Of a stretch of 64,000 nt of DNA, positions 30,374 to 40,319 are shown in pieces. Made by a program: the position numbers and the translations under genes. The stretch's first letter is position 1; every line of letters begins with the position of its first letter. Source of the DNA: Candidatus Krumholzibacteriota bacterium (GTDB lineage Bacteria; Krumholzibacteriota; Krumholzibacteriia; JAJRXK01); assembly GCA_963764625.1 (NCBI GenBank), contig CAVXTH010000009.1, positions 320,001 to 384,000 on the forward strand, given 5' to 3'. Below the pieces are notes generated by a model. That model did no database searches, was not told the DNA's origin, and saw nothing but the letters and a program-made list of their open reading frames with translations.

Positions 30374-31549
30374 ATGCAGACCCTCTCATTGGATGAACTG
30401 GTCGTCATCGAAGACCTCCTGAGCGACGAAGAGCGTCTCGTTCGCGAGTCGATCCGGCGTTTCGTCGGGGAGAGCTACTCGCCACGCGCCGCCGAACTGT
30501 ACGAAAAGGCGGAATTCCCCATGGATCTGATCCCGGCCATGGGGGAGTTGGGGCTCTTGGGCACGAACCTCAGCGGCTACGGCTGCGCGGGTCTGAACAA
30601 CGTGGCCTACGGCCTGGCCATGCAGGAGTTGGAATACGGCGACAGTGGGCTGCGGAGCTTCGCGTCGGTGCAAGGCTCTCTCTGCATGTATCCCATTCAT
30701 CGCTTCGGTTCAGAGAAACAGAAGGAAAAGTATCTGCCCAAGATGGCGAGCGGGGAACTCGTGGGTTGCTTCGGGCTCACCGAGCCGAACGCGGGCAGCG
30801 ATCCGGGAGCCATGACCACGCACGCGGTGAGCGATGGCAATTCCTATGTTCTCAGCGGAAACAAGATGTGGATCACCAACTCTCCCATCGCCGACCTCGC
30901 CATCGTATGGGCGAAACTCGACGGCGACGATTCGGCGAACATCCGCGGGTTCGTGGTCGAGGCCGGCTCCAAGGGCTATTCCGCTCCCGAGCAGCACCAC
31001 AAGATGTCGCTTCGGGCCTCTCGCACCGGGGAAATCGTCCTGGAGGAGGTGCGTGTGCCCAAGGATGCGCTCTTGCCCAAGTCGAAGGGACTGGGGAGTC
31101 CGTTGAGCTGTCTCAATCAGGCCCGCTTCGGAATCGCCTTCGGAGCGGTAGGCGCGGCGCGCGCCTGCTTCGACGAGGCACTGGAGTATGCCCTGCAGCG
31201 AAAGGCATTCGGGGGGCCCATCGCGGAGAAGCAGCTCATTCAGCAACAACTGGTGGATACGGCGGAGAACATCGCGCTGAGCCAGTTGGCGGTCATCCAC
31301 TACGCGAGGATCAAGGATGAGGGAAAGCTGGTTCCGGCCATGGTCTCGCTCGTGAAGCGCAACTGCGTGCGCATGGCGCTGCAGGCGGCTCGCACCTGCC
31401 GGTCCATTCTGGGGGCGAACGGGATCACTCTCGATTACGCTTCCATCCGCCACGCGATGAACCTGGAGTCTGTTTATACTTACGAGGGAACTCACGAAGT
31501 CCACACCCTCATTCTGGGCAGAGGGCTCACGGGAAGGGACGCCTTCTAG
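30374..31549 (+). CDS. gcdH: Acyl-CoA dehydrogenase, glutaryl-CoA dehydrogenase-like
   Basis: DSGLRSFASVQGSL, CFGLTEPNAGSDP, KMWITNSPIAD, NLESVYTYEGTHEVH. Confidence 0.88.
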   Translation: MQTLSLDELVVIEDLLSDEERLVRESIRRFVGESYSPRAAELYEKAEFPMDLIPAMGELGLLGTNLSGYGCAGLNNVAYGLAMQELEYGDSGLRSFASVQGSLCMYPIHRFGSEKQKEKYLPKMASGELVGCFGLTEPNAGSDPGAMTTHAVSDGNSYVLSGNKMWITNSPIADLAIVWAKLDGDDSANIRGFVVEAGSKGYSAPEQHHKMSLRASRTGEIVLEEVRVPKDALLPKSKGLGSPLSCLNQARFGIAFGAVGAARACFDEALEYALQRKAFGGPIAEKQLIQQQLVDTAENIALSQLAVIHYARIKDEGKLVPAMVSLVKRNCVRMALQAARTCRSILGANGITLDYASIRHAMNLESVYTYEGTHEVHTLILGRGLTGRDAF

Positions 31550-33676
31550 ATGTTGCGGTCGAGAGCATTCTCATTGCTTTTCACCATCGCCCTCCTCGTT
31601 TCCAAGAGTACTTACGCTCAGGTCGCCGCCGGCGACTCTACTTTCATCCCCGTTCTCACCGATTCGACACACATCGCAACCCAGGCGGGCGAAGCTACCG
31701 TCTCCTCGAGTCATGCCTCCGCGGATTCCAGCATCGTAGTTCCCGACTGGCGTGGCGGACACGTCCTGCTTCCCGTACGCGAAGTGCGCGGCTCGATCAT
31801 CCGCCCACGCAATCAATCGGAGCGGGAGGAACTCAGCGAGACCCAGCTTCAGGCGCGCGATCCGCTCACGCTGGCTGATTTCGTGCCTCTGGTGCCGGAC
31901 GCGCGCGCTTCGACCAATTCGCGCGGGGAGACAGTGTTGATGCTCCGCGGGGCTCCCGAGCGGCAAATCGTGATCGAGCAGGACGGCATTCCGCTCACTC
32001 TTCCCTGGGATGAACGAGCAGATCTCTCCTTGCTTCCCTCTCTGGCTGTCGATGGAGTCCAGGTCACGCGCGGAACCGGAAGCGTGCTCGCTCCACCGAA
32101 CTCGGTGGCGGGAAGGGTGGAGCTGACCACGCGCACGCAGAGCGCGGCGGGCTCGAAACAGAGCCTGCGCCTGGGTCTCGGTGAGGCGGCTCTTTACCAG
32201 GCCTCGGGTCTCGTCTCGTGGGCCAACCACGACTGGGACGCAATGGCGTCGATTGCGCGCGAAAAGCGCGACGGCTTTCTCCTGCCCAAGAGCTACGTCC
32301 CGGGATTCAATCAGGCTCCCGATCGCAGAACTCGCACCAACTCCGCCTTCGAGCGAAGTACCGCCCTGATGAAGATCGGGCGCAGTTGGAAGAACGGCAG
32401 CCGGCTCACCCTGAACCTGCAGGGATACGATACATCCCGCTCGGTTCCTCCCGAGGATCACATCGCAGATGCCAGGTTCTGGCGCTATCCTCAGGTACAG
32501 AGGGGGCTGTTGGGACTCGCCCTGAAGCTCCGCCCTTCGGGGGGCGAACGCTGGCAGGCCGACCTGAACGCTTCGGTGGATCGTTTCCATCAAGAAATCC
32601 AGGCTTTTGACGATGCGAATTACGATACGCCGTCGCTCGCGCCCGGGATCGACTACGAAACCGACGACGATGCCACCGGGTTCCTGCGCTTCGAGTTGAG
32701 CCGCAGTCTCGGCGAGACCGAACGGATCGCACTGGCCGCCAGCTCCCGCTATTCACGGCACACCGAGAGCCTCGTGTATCAGGGTCCCGAACAACACTTC
32801 AGCGAGTGGCTCTCCGGGGCCGCACTCCAGTGGGAGCACCGGTCCGATGGCGGGGTGGGGTTGCGCTTGGGAGCCGGGCTCGACGCCGCGAACACTCCGG
32901 AGACCGCCGACAAACCGGCGCGCGCGTCGCAAGCCGCGCCCGCGCTGAGCGTGCGCGCCAGCAAGGAGCTTTCCCCCCGCGCGCAGCTTTACACGGAGCT
33001 CGCCCGGAGGAGCCGTTTCCCCTCGCTGCGCGAACTCTACTCCGGCGCACTGGGGCGCTTCGAACCCAACCTGGACCTTCAGCCCGAGGACCAGAATTCG
33101 GTCGAATTCGGCGGCACCGTACAGGGACGGCGCTGGTCCCTGGCCAGTTCCGCCTTCTTGGACCTCACTCTCGACGGGATCGAACGAGTCAGTCTGCCGG
33201 GCGGGAAATTCATGCGGATCAACGCGCAGAAGCAGAGAGTGCTGGGCTTGGAGTTGGGAGGCACCTGGCGCCCGTACGCCGGCATGAAGCTTCAAGCGCA
33301 TCACTCCTTTCTTCACGCCCGCGCCGAACAGGACGGGTCCTTCGACGCCCGCATCGAAGATAGGCCGAGTTTCTTGAGTTATCTCGAATTGAGTCAGCGC
33401 TGGCGCTGGGGGGGAAGGCTGGCGGCCGAGGCCATCGCCACCGGCGCCCGCTTCAGCCAAGATCTCGATACGGGAGGATTGAAAGAAGTTCCGGCGGAGA
33501 TTCGGTGGAATCTGCGGGCGAGCTGGGAATTCGTCTCCGCCTCTAGCTGGTTCGATTCGACCGAGCTCTATCTGCGGGTCGATAACGTATTCGACACGCT
33601 CCTCTACTCCCAGCTCGGTCTGCCAGACCCGGGAAGAATGCTGCGCGTGGGAATCAACGCGGAATTCGGCGACTGA
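31550..33676 (+). CDS. TonB-dependent receptor
   Basis: Signal peptide, plug domain (LRGA...QDGIPL, VTRGTGSVL), RFPSLRELY, NLDLQPE, RVDNVFD, PGRMLRVG. Confidence 0.9.
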   Translation: MLRSRAFSLLFTIALLVSKSTYAQVAAGDSTFIPVLTDSTHIATQAGEATVSSSHASADSSIVVPDWRGGHVLLPVREVRGSIIRPRNQSEREELSETQLQARDPLTLADFVPLVPDARASTNSRGETVLMLRGAPERQIVIEQDGIPLTLPWDERADLSLLPSLAVDGVQVTRGTGSVLAPPNSVAGRVELTTRTQSAAGSKQSLRLGLGEAALYQASGLVSWANHDWDAMASIAREKRDGFLLPKSYVPGFNQAPDRRTRTNSAFERSTALMKIGRSWKNGSRLTLNLQGYDTSRSVPPEDHIADARFWRYPQVQRGLLGLALKLRPSGGERWQADLNASVDRFHQEIQAFDDANYDTPSLAPGIDYETDDDATGFLRFELSRSLGETERIALAASSRYSRHTESLVYQGPEQHFSEWLSGAALQWEHRSDGGVGLRLGAGLDAANTPETADKPARASQAAPALSVRASKELSPRAQLYTELARRSRFPSLRELYSGALGRFEPNLDLQPEDQNSVEFGGTVQGRRWSLASSAFLDLTLDGIERVSLPGGKFMRINAQKQRVLGLELGGTWRPYAGMKLQAHHSFLHARAEQDGSFDARIEDRPSFLSYLELSQRWRWGGRLAAEAIATGARFSQDLDTGGLKEVPAEIRWNLRASWEFVSASSWFDSTELYLRVDNVFDTLLYSQLGLPDPGRMLRVGINAEFGD

Positions 33677-33773
33677 GAGTTTCACGGGCGATATCGCCAG
33701 AAACGCATGGAATGTGTATCCTGAATCTCATCGACTCTCCTTGCGAAACTTCCTTCTGGAAACCGGTTTGAGA

Positions 33774-35147
33774 ATGCAAGAGTGGACACCGAGCTCCTGG
33801 CGGACGAAAAGCGCCATTCAGCAGCCGAGCTATCCCGACTCGGACGAGTTGAAGTCCGTCGTCGAGCAGCTCTCGAAATTACCGCCGCTGGTCACCTCCT
33901 GGGAGATCGAGACGCTGAAGCGCAAGTTGGCCGCGGCGGCCGTGGGTGAAGTCTTTCTGCTCCAGGGCGGCGATTGCGCTGAGAGTTTTGATTCGTGCGC
34001 CGCTGACGTCATCACGGCACAACTCAAGATTCTCTTGCAGATGAGTCTGGTTCTGGTTCACGGCACCAAGAAGAAACTGGTGCGGGTGGGAAGAATCGCC
34101 GGTCAATACGCCAAACCTCGCAGCAGAGACGAGGAGCGGCGCGGAGATCTGAGCTTGCCCGCGTATCGGGGGGATCTGGTCAATCACACGGGCTTCACGC
34201 GAGAAGACCGCACACCTGACCCCAGTCTATTGCTGAGAGGCTACGAACACGCAGCCCTGACTCTGAATTTCATGCGCGCCCTTGCGGAAGGCGGTTTCGC
34301 CGATCTGCACCATCCCGAGTACTGGAAGCTCGACTTCGTGCAGCACTCGGCCTCCAAGGAAAAATACGAGGCCATCGTCGAGTCCATTCGCGACTCGGTG
34401 GCGTTCATGGAAAACGTGCTGGAAACGCGGGTCAACAACATGCGCCGCGCCGAGATCTACACCAGCCACGAGGGTCTCGCGTTGCACTACGAGCAGGCGC
34501 AGACCCGCACCGTGCCACGGCGCGAGGGCTATTACAATCTGGCCACGCACTTTCCCTGGATTGGACTGAGGACCTCCGATCCCGCCGGGGCACACGTGGA
34601 GTATTTCCGTGGCATCCGGAATCCCATTGCGGTGAAAATCGGGGCGCAGACCAGCGACGAGTGGATTAGCCAGTTACTCGAGATTCTCCACCCCGTCGAC
34701 GAACCGGGCCGACTCACCCTCATCCACCGTCTGGGGGTGGAGCACGTCGACGAACACCTTCCTCGCATCATTGAAGCCGTGCGCCGCAGCGGCAAGACAG
34801 TGGTCTGGTGCTGCGATCCCATGCACGGCAACACCGAACGCACGCCCAGCGGGCAGAAGACCCGCCATTTCGAAAAGATCATGGAGGAGACGAAACGAGC
34901 GTTCGCCATCCATGAGAAAATGGGAAGCCATCTGGCCGGGGTTCATCTGGAACTGACGGGAGAAGACGTGACCGAATGCGTGGGCGGCGCTCGCGGCTTG
35001 GCCGAGGCCGATCTCGAGCGGGCGTACCAGAGCACGGTCGATCCGCGACTCAACTACGAGCAGGCGCTGGAGATGGCCATGCTGATGGCTTACGAACTCG
35101 AGGCACCGCCCAAGGGCACACGCGCGGCTCAGGCAAAGAATCCCTGA
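33774..35147 (+). CDS. Class II DAHP synthase
   Basis: LLQGGDCAESF, GRIAGQYAKPRS, CDPMHGNT, GVHLELTGEDVTEC, DPRLN. Confidence 0.96.
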   Translation: MQEWTPSSWRTKSAIQQPSYPDSDELKSVVEQLSKLPPLVTSWEIETLKRKLAAAAVGEVFLLQGGDCAESFDSCAADVITAQLKILLQMSLVLVHGTKKKLVRVGRIAGQYAKPRSRDEERRGDLSLPAYRGDLVNHTGFTREDRTPDPSLLLRGYEHAALTLNFMRALAEGGFADLHHPEYWKLDFVQHSASKEKYEAIVESIRDSVAFMENVLETRVNNMRRAEIYTSHEGLALHYEQAQTRTVPRREGYYNLATHFPWIGLRTSDPAGAHVEYFRGIRNPIAVKIGAQTSDEWISQLLEILHPVDEPGRLTLIHRLGVEHVDEHLPRIIEAVRRSGKTVVWCCDPMHGNTERTPSGQKTRHFEKIMEETKRAFAIHEKMGSHLAGVHLELTGEDVTECVGGARGLAEADLERAYQSTVDPRLNYEQALEMAMLMAYELEAPPKGTRAAQAKNP

Positions 35148-35171
35148 GCCGCCTCAGCCGCGGCGGTGGGC

Positions 35172-36488
35172 CTAGCGCTTCACCGCCTTGGCCACCAGCT
35201 CCTTCAGATTCGGACCTCGCGTCGGCTTCAGATCGTAGGTGACTCGAGTATAGGGTTTCTCGATTTTCAAGATGCGGCTGAGGTCGATCGGCGTTCCCAC
35301 GATCACCGCGTCACAGTCGGTGGCGTTGATCGTGGTTTGAAGGTCGCGGACCTGTTCTCCGCTGTATCCCATGGCCGGCAGAAGCACCCCGATCTCCGGA
35401 TACTTCTCGAAAGTCGCGCTGAGCGTCCCCACGGTGTAGGGCCGCGGATCGACCATCTCCTTCACGCCGACCGCCCTGGCCGCGATGACGCCGGCGCCGT
35501 ACTTCATGCCCCCGTGGGTCAGAGTGGGTCCGTCCTCAACGACGAGCACGCGCTTGTTCTTGATGACCGAGGGATCGGCCACCGTCACCGGACTGTCCGC
35601 GTAGATGATCTTCGCGCTCGGGTTGTGTTCCTTCACGCTGGCCTCGACCTTGCTCACGTTTGCGGGGTCAGCCGAGTCCATCTTGTTGAAGATGATGACA
35701 TCGGCCATCTCCATGTTCTCGCGTCCCGGGTAGTAGCTGAGCTCGTGACCCGGACGGTGAGGATCGACGATGGTGATGTGGAGGTCGGGCTTGTAGAAGG
35801 GGGTGTCGTTGTTGCCGCCATCCCACAAAATGACGTCGGCTTCCTTCTCCGCCTCGCGCAGGATGGCCTCGTAGTCTACTCCGGCAAACACCAGAATGCC
35901 GTTGGCGATGTGCGGTTCGTATTCCTCCATCTCCTCGATCGTGCATTCGTGCTTCTTGAGGTCTTCGATGCTCGCGAAGCGCTGCACCGCTTGCTTGGCC
36001 AGATCTCCGTAGGGCATGGGATGACGAATGGCGGCGACTTTCAATCCGAGCTCCTGCAGAGCCTTGCCGATATAGCGAGTCGTCTGGCTCTTGCCGCATC
36101 CCGTGCGCACCGCACACACCGCGATCACCGGCTTCGTGCTCTCGATCATGACCTCTTTGGCGGGCGCGGTCTCGAAGCTCGCGCCGGCCGCCTCCACGAT
36201 CTTGCGCTTGCCGTCGACGTACTCGTAACTCACGTCGCTATAAGCGAAGACGACGTGCTCGACCTTGCGTTGCTTGATGAGCTTCTCGAGATCCGCCTCG
36301 GCTTCGATGGGGATCCCCTCGGGGTATCCGGGTCCCGCGAGAACGGCGGGGTACCGGCGGTCGTCGATGCCGGGAATCTGGGTCGCCGTGAAGGCGACGA
36401 CCTCGAAGGAGTCGTTGCCCCGGTAAAGGGTATTGAAGACGTGAAAATCCTTCCCCGCCGCGCCCATGATCAGCACTCTCTTCGCCAT
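35172..36488 (-). CDS. COG2403 P-loop protein (often annotated cyclic 2,3-diphosphoglycerate synthase or GTPase); probable arginine synthetase ArcE homolog
   Basis: IMGAAGKDFH, VAFTATQIP, AVRTGCGKSQTTR, RHPMPYG, EEMEEYEPH, WDGGNND, EDGPTLTHGGM, LPAMGY. Confidence 0.8.
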   Translation of the reverse strand: MAKRVLIMGAAGKDFHVFNTLYRGNDSFEVVAFTATQIPGIDDRRYPAVLAGPGYPEGIPIEAEADLEKLIKQRKVEHVVFAYSDVSYEYVDGKRKIVEAAGASFETAPAKEVMIESTKPVIAVCAVRTGCGKSQTTRYIGKALQELGLKVAAIRHPMPYGDLAKQAVQRFASIEDLKKHECTIEEMEEYEPHIANGILVFAGVDYEAILREAEKEADVILWDGGNNDTPFYKPDLHITIVDPHRPGHELSYYPGRENMEMADVIIFNKMDSADPANVSKVEASVKEHNPSAKIIYADSPVTVADPSVIKNKRVLVVEDGPTLTHGGMKYGAGVIAARAVGVKEMVDPRPYTVGTLSATFEKYPEIGVLLPAMGYSGEQVRDLQTTINATDCDAVIVGTPIDLSRILKIEKPYTRVTYDLKPTRGPNLKELVAKAVKR

Positions 36489-36722
36489 GGTCCGACCTCT
36501 CACCATCGGGTTCGGCCGAGCGGGAGAAGACATTCTGAGAGTTCCCCTCGGCGAGAACGCTTCACGCTCCCAGATCCGTCGAATTCTTCCCCCATACTAG
36601 AAAGCCAGGGCGGTAAGTCCAAGGGGGGCTTCCGCGCACCCGAGCTGGCCATGAGCGGCGTCCCCCCGTACTCTCGGCGGGACCTTCCACCGCCCTGGGG
36701 CCCCTGCCAGGAGAACTCTGTC

Positions 36723-37625
36723 GTGCGAATCGGAATCACCGGATCCTCGGGACTTCTGGGCACGGCTCTCGTAAGCCGCCTCACCGGCCTGGACCATGAG
36801 GTCCTCGCGCTCGTAAGGCACAAGCCCCTCCATCCGGGCCAGATCCATTGGGATCCCTCCGCCGGGGCGATTCAGACCCAGGCCCTGGAGGGACTCGACG
36901 CGGTGGTGCATCTGGCGGGAGAGCCGATTGCCTCGGGGCGTTGGACGTCCTCCAAGCGAGCCCGTATCCGCGACAGTCGCGTGGAGGGAACGGGGCTCTT
37001 GGCCCGTGGACTGGCCGGTCTCTCGCGACGGCCACGGATGCTTCTCTGTGCCTCGGCCACCGGCTACTACGGCGAGCGGGGCGACGAAACGTGCGCGGAG
37101 GAAGACCCTCCAGGCCAGGGGTTCTTGGCCGAGACCTGCGCCGCGTGGGAACGCGCGGCGGATCCCGCGCGAGAGGCTGAAATCACCACCCTTTGTTTTC
37201 GAATCGGTATGGTGCTGACGCCCGCGGGCGGAGCGCTCGCGCGCATGCTCCCGTTCTTTCGGCTTGGACTCGGAGGGCCTCTCTCTTCCGGGGACCAGTT
37301 CTGGAGTTGGATAGCCCTGGAGGATCTGGTGAATCTTTTTCTTCACTATCTCACCCGCGAGAGTTCCTCCGGAGCGGTCAACGCGGTCGCCCCGGAGCCG
37401 GCTCGCTCGCGCGAGTTCGCGCGCGAGCTGGGCCGCGTACTGCGGCGCCCCGCGTTCTTGCCGGTGCCACGCTTCGCGTTGAGGCTCGTATTGGGTCCGA
37501 TGACCGACGAGGTACTGCTGTCCAGCACGCGGGCGCTCCCGCTTCGGGCCGTCCGCGAAGGATTCGAGTTCAACTCCCCCAGTTTGGGCGAAGCTCTACG
37601 TCGAGCCCTCGAACCGGCGAGATGA
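36723..37625 (+). CDS. TIGR01777 family NAD-dependent epimerase (YfcH/SDR39U1)
   Basis: GTG start; ITGSSGLLG, VHLAGEPI, SATGYYG, FRLGLGGPL, QFWSWI. Confidence 0.93.
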   Translation: MRIGITGSSGLLGTALVSRLTGLDHEVLALVRHKPLHPGQIHWDPSAGAIQTQALEGLDAVVHLAGEPIASGRWTSSKRARIRDSRVEGTGLLARGLAGLSRRPRMLLCASATGYYGERGDETCAEEDPPGQGFLAETCAAWERAADPAREAEITTLCFRIGMVLTPAGGALARMLPFFRLGLGGPLSSGDQFWSWIALEDLVNLFLHYLTRESSSGAVNAVAPEPARSREFARELGRVLRRPAFLPVPRFALRLVLGPMTDEVLLSSTRALPLRAVREGFEFNSPSLGEALRRALEPAR

Positions 37626-37719
37626 GCTTGGGTTCACGCGCCCGCGGGTGTAGAGTACCGCCTGCGTTGACCGGCTCGTGAAGCCAAGGCCCCCCTAGAT
37701 CTCCGGAATTCGTCACCGC

Positions 37720-38499
37720 ATGAACACCCTGCAAGCTCTCGACTTCGCGATCCGGTCCTTCGTGCAGGAATCCGAGCACATGGCTCAGATTCTCTTCGGC
37801 GGATTCCGCTTCATGCGGAACGCCTGGCAGCACCGGGACCGAATCGAAGAGCAGGTGATACGGCTGGGGAGCTCCGCGGGGTGGGTCATGCTCTTGGCCG
37901 GTCTCTTCATCGGTCTCGTGCTGGCCATGGAATGGGGGACCAAGCTGGAGCAATTCGGCGCGAAGCTTCTCATGGGCCGCATCGTGGCGATCGGGGTGAT
38001 TCGAGAGATCGGACCAGTGCTCGCGGGCATCATGATCGCGGCGCGAACCGGATCGATGGTGGCGGCCGAGTTGGGTTCGATGAAGGTCACCGATCAGATC
38101 GACGCGCTCCGCGCTCTCGGAGCCGATCCCATCGAGTATCTGGTAATGCCCCGCCAAATCGCCAGCGTGCTCACTCTCCTCCCCTTGACGCTTTTCTGTG
38201 ATCTCATGGGCGTATTCGGAGGATGGGTGATCGCGGTGACTCTGCTGAACACCTCGAGCTCCTTCTACTGGGACTCAGCCTTGGATACCCTTCTGTTCAA
38301 AGATCTCGCGGTGGGTTTCATCAAGCCCATATTCTTTGGGTGGATCATTGCGTCCATCAGCGCGCACTACGGACTCTACACCCGCGGGGGAGCCGCGGGA
38401 GTGGGAGAGAGCGCGACGAAAGCGGTGGTGGCGTCGACACTTACCGTTCTCGCCACGGATTTCGTGCTCGGCAAACTCATCCTCACCCTCTGGGGCTGA
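37720..38499 (+). CDS. mlaE: MlaE-family ABC permease
   Basis: REIGPVL, ARTGSMVAAELGSMKVTDQIDAL, YLVMPR, GVGESAT. Confidence 0.93.
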   Translation: MNTLQALDFAIRSFVQESEHMAQILFGGFRFMRNAWQHRDRIEEQVIRLGSSAGWVMLLAGLFIGLVLAMEWGTKLEQFGAKLLMGRIVAIGVIREIGPVLAGIMIAARTGSMVAAELGSMKVTDQIDALRALGADPIEYLVMPRQIASVLTLLPLTLFCDLMGVFGGWVIAVTLLNTSSSFYWDSALDTLLFKDLAVGFIKPIFFGWIIASISAHYGLYTRGGAAGVGESATKAVVASTLTVLATDFVLGKLILTLWG

Positions 38500-38509
38500 A
38501 GAGGAAGGT

Positions 38510-39286
38510 ATGACGGAGCTTCGAGATAGACCCAGACCGGATGAAGAAATCGTCATCGCGATGAAGGGCGTACACTTGTCCTTCACTCGCGACCGCGAAA
38601 TTCTCTCGGGAGTCGATTTCTTCGTGCGGCGCGGGGAAACCAAGGTCGTGCTGGGAGGGAGCGGGGAAGGCAAGAGCACGATCCTCCGCTTGGCTCTCGG
38701 ACTCTTGCGCCCGAACCAGGGCAGCGTGAAAATCTTCGGCGAGGAAATCAGCCACATGAGCGAAGCGGAACTCAAACCGATCCGTCATCGCATCGGAATG
38801 GTGTTTCAGGCAGGAGCGCTCTTCGATTCGATGACGGTGGCCGAAAACGTGGCCTTCTGCACTACTGAAACCCACGGTCTCTCCCTGGAGCAAGCCGAGC
38901 CCTTGGTGCGACAGCGCCTGGAGTACGTTGGACTGGCCGATGCCTACGATCTCATGCCGGCCGAACTCTCCGGAGGTATGACCAAGCGGGCCGCCATCGC
39001 CCGCGCCATGGTCTGTAGCCCCGAAGTCATCCTCTTCGACGAGCCGACGACCGGCGTCGATCCCATCGGGGTGCGACGATTGCTCAAGCTGATGTCTCGC
39101 CTTCGAGACGATTTTCGGGTGACCTCCATCGTCGTCACGCACATTCTGAGCGACGCCAAGCAGATTGCCGATAGCGTGGCCGTGCTGCGAGAGGGTAGAA
39201 TCGTGTTCGATGGCAGTTTTGCCGAACTCATGGCATCCGTGGACCCATTCATCCGCGAGTTCATCGCCCAGCAAGAAGGACTCTGA
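38510..39286 (+). CDS. mlaF: MlaF-family ABC ATPase
   Basis: GGSGEGKST, MVFQAGALFDSM, LSGGM, DEPT, VVTH. Confidence 0.93.
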   Translation: MTELRDRPRPDEEIVIAMKGVHLSFTRDREILSGVDFFVRRGETKVVLGGSGEGKSTILRLALGLLRPNQGSVKIFGEEISHMSEAELKPIRHRIGMVFQAGALFDSMTVAENVAFCTTETHGLSLEQAEPLVRQRLEYVGLADAYDLMPAELSGGMTKRAAIARAMVCSPEVILFDEPTTGVDPIGVRRLLKLMSRLRDDFRVTSIVVTHILSDAKQIADSVAVLREGRIVFDGSFAELMASVDPFIREFIAQQEGL

Positions 39287-39289
39287 TTC

Positions 39290-40252
39290 ATGCCGGAACG
39301 GGAACCTCAGGGTTGGCGCAATCTGAAGATGGGAGTGTTCTTTCTGGCCACGACCGCCGTGCTTTTCGCGGCGCTGTTCGTGGTGGGAACCAACGCCCGA
39401 CTCTTCGAGCGCAAATACGAACTGAGATGCTACCTTCCCAACGCGCAACAGCTGGGTAAGGGCTCTATGGTCGCTCTCGCCGGCCTCGAAGTAGGGAAGA
39501 TCAAGGACATCCGCTTCGTGCATCGTGACGACGGCCGGAACATCGAACTCGTTCTGCAACTTCCCCTGAGCCGCCAGCATCAAATCACCGCCAGCTCGGT
39601 GGCGACGATTCGCACGGTTGGTGTGCTGGGAGATCGCTTCGTCGACATTACCGCCGGACAATTGGACGAGAAACCCATTCCTCGCGGCGGCAGGATCACG
39701 ATTCTGGATCCCACCGATTGGCCCGCGACCTTCCAGAAGGCGGCCGGGGCGCTCGACAGCTTCCTCGAGATCGTCAACAAGACCTCCGAAGCCGTCACGA
39801 AACTGAACCAGGGTGAAGGTATCCTGGCCATGCTGCTCAACGATCCAACCACGGCGCAAAACCTACGCGACACCGCATCGAATCTGGCAGAGATCAGCCG
39901 GGGATTGCGGGGGGGAAAGGGAAGTTTGGGTCGCCTCATGAAGGACGACAGCATGGCGCTCCAGCTCCAGGGCGCGATCGCACGCTTCGACTCTCTCGCC
40001 ACCATGGCGACCGACGGCCACGGCCTTCTGCCGCTTCTTTTGAACGACCAAGAGATGGCGGACGGGATGGGGAGGGCGGTGGCCGGGGCCGATACCCTCA
40101 TGAGTCAACTGCGTGGGGAGGGGACGGCCGCGCGTCTGCTCAGAGATGACCAGCTCTACCGCGAGATGCTGGGTAGCATGGAAGAAGTGCACGCCCTGAT
40201 TCAGAAGATCAAGGACCACCCCGAGCGCTACCTCAGTATTTCCTTCTTCTGA
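39290..40252 (+). CDS. mlaD: MlaD/MCE family protein with long helical C-terminal region
   Basis: N-terminal TM helix, MCE domain (GSMVALAGLEVG...GVLGDRFVDI), repeated G-S/T/I-L-x-x-L-x-x-D helices. Confidence 0.9.
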   Translation: MPEREPQGWRNLKMGVFFLATTAVLFAALFVVGTNARLFERKYELRCYLPNAQQLGKGSMVALAGLEVGKIKDIRFVHRDDGRNIELVLQLPLSRQHQITASSVATIRTVGVLGDRFVDITAGQLDEKPIPRGGRITILDPTDWPATFQKAAGALDSFLEIVNKTSEAVTKLNQGEGILAMLLNDPTTAQNLRDTASNLAEISRGLRGGKGSLGRLMKDDSMALQLQGAIARFDSLATMATDGHGLLPLLLNDQEMADGMGRAVAGADTLMSQLRGEGTAARLLRDDQLYREMLGSMEEVHALIQKIKDHPERYLSISFF

Positions 40253-40319
40253 TCCAAGTTTTGCCGCTCAGATGTTGTATCATGGGGACTCGAGCGTTCC
40301 TTTGAGCTGGAGTCTCTTC

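Noticed and set aside
33687-33769. Palindromes GGCGATATCGCC and AAACCGGTTT upstream of the DAHP synthase
   Set aside because: Short, with no recognisable regulator consensus, no leader peptide and no attenuator; could be chance
35166-36722. Apparent 519-aa N-terminal extension of the TIGR01777 epimerase
   Set aside because: It is the antisense of the COG2403 gene; the real start is the GTG at 36723
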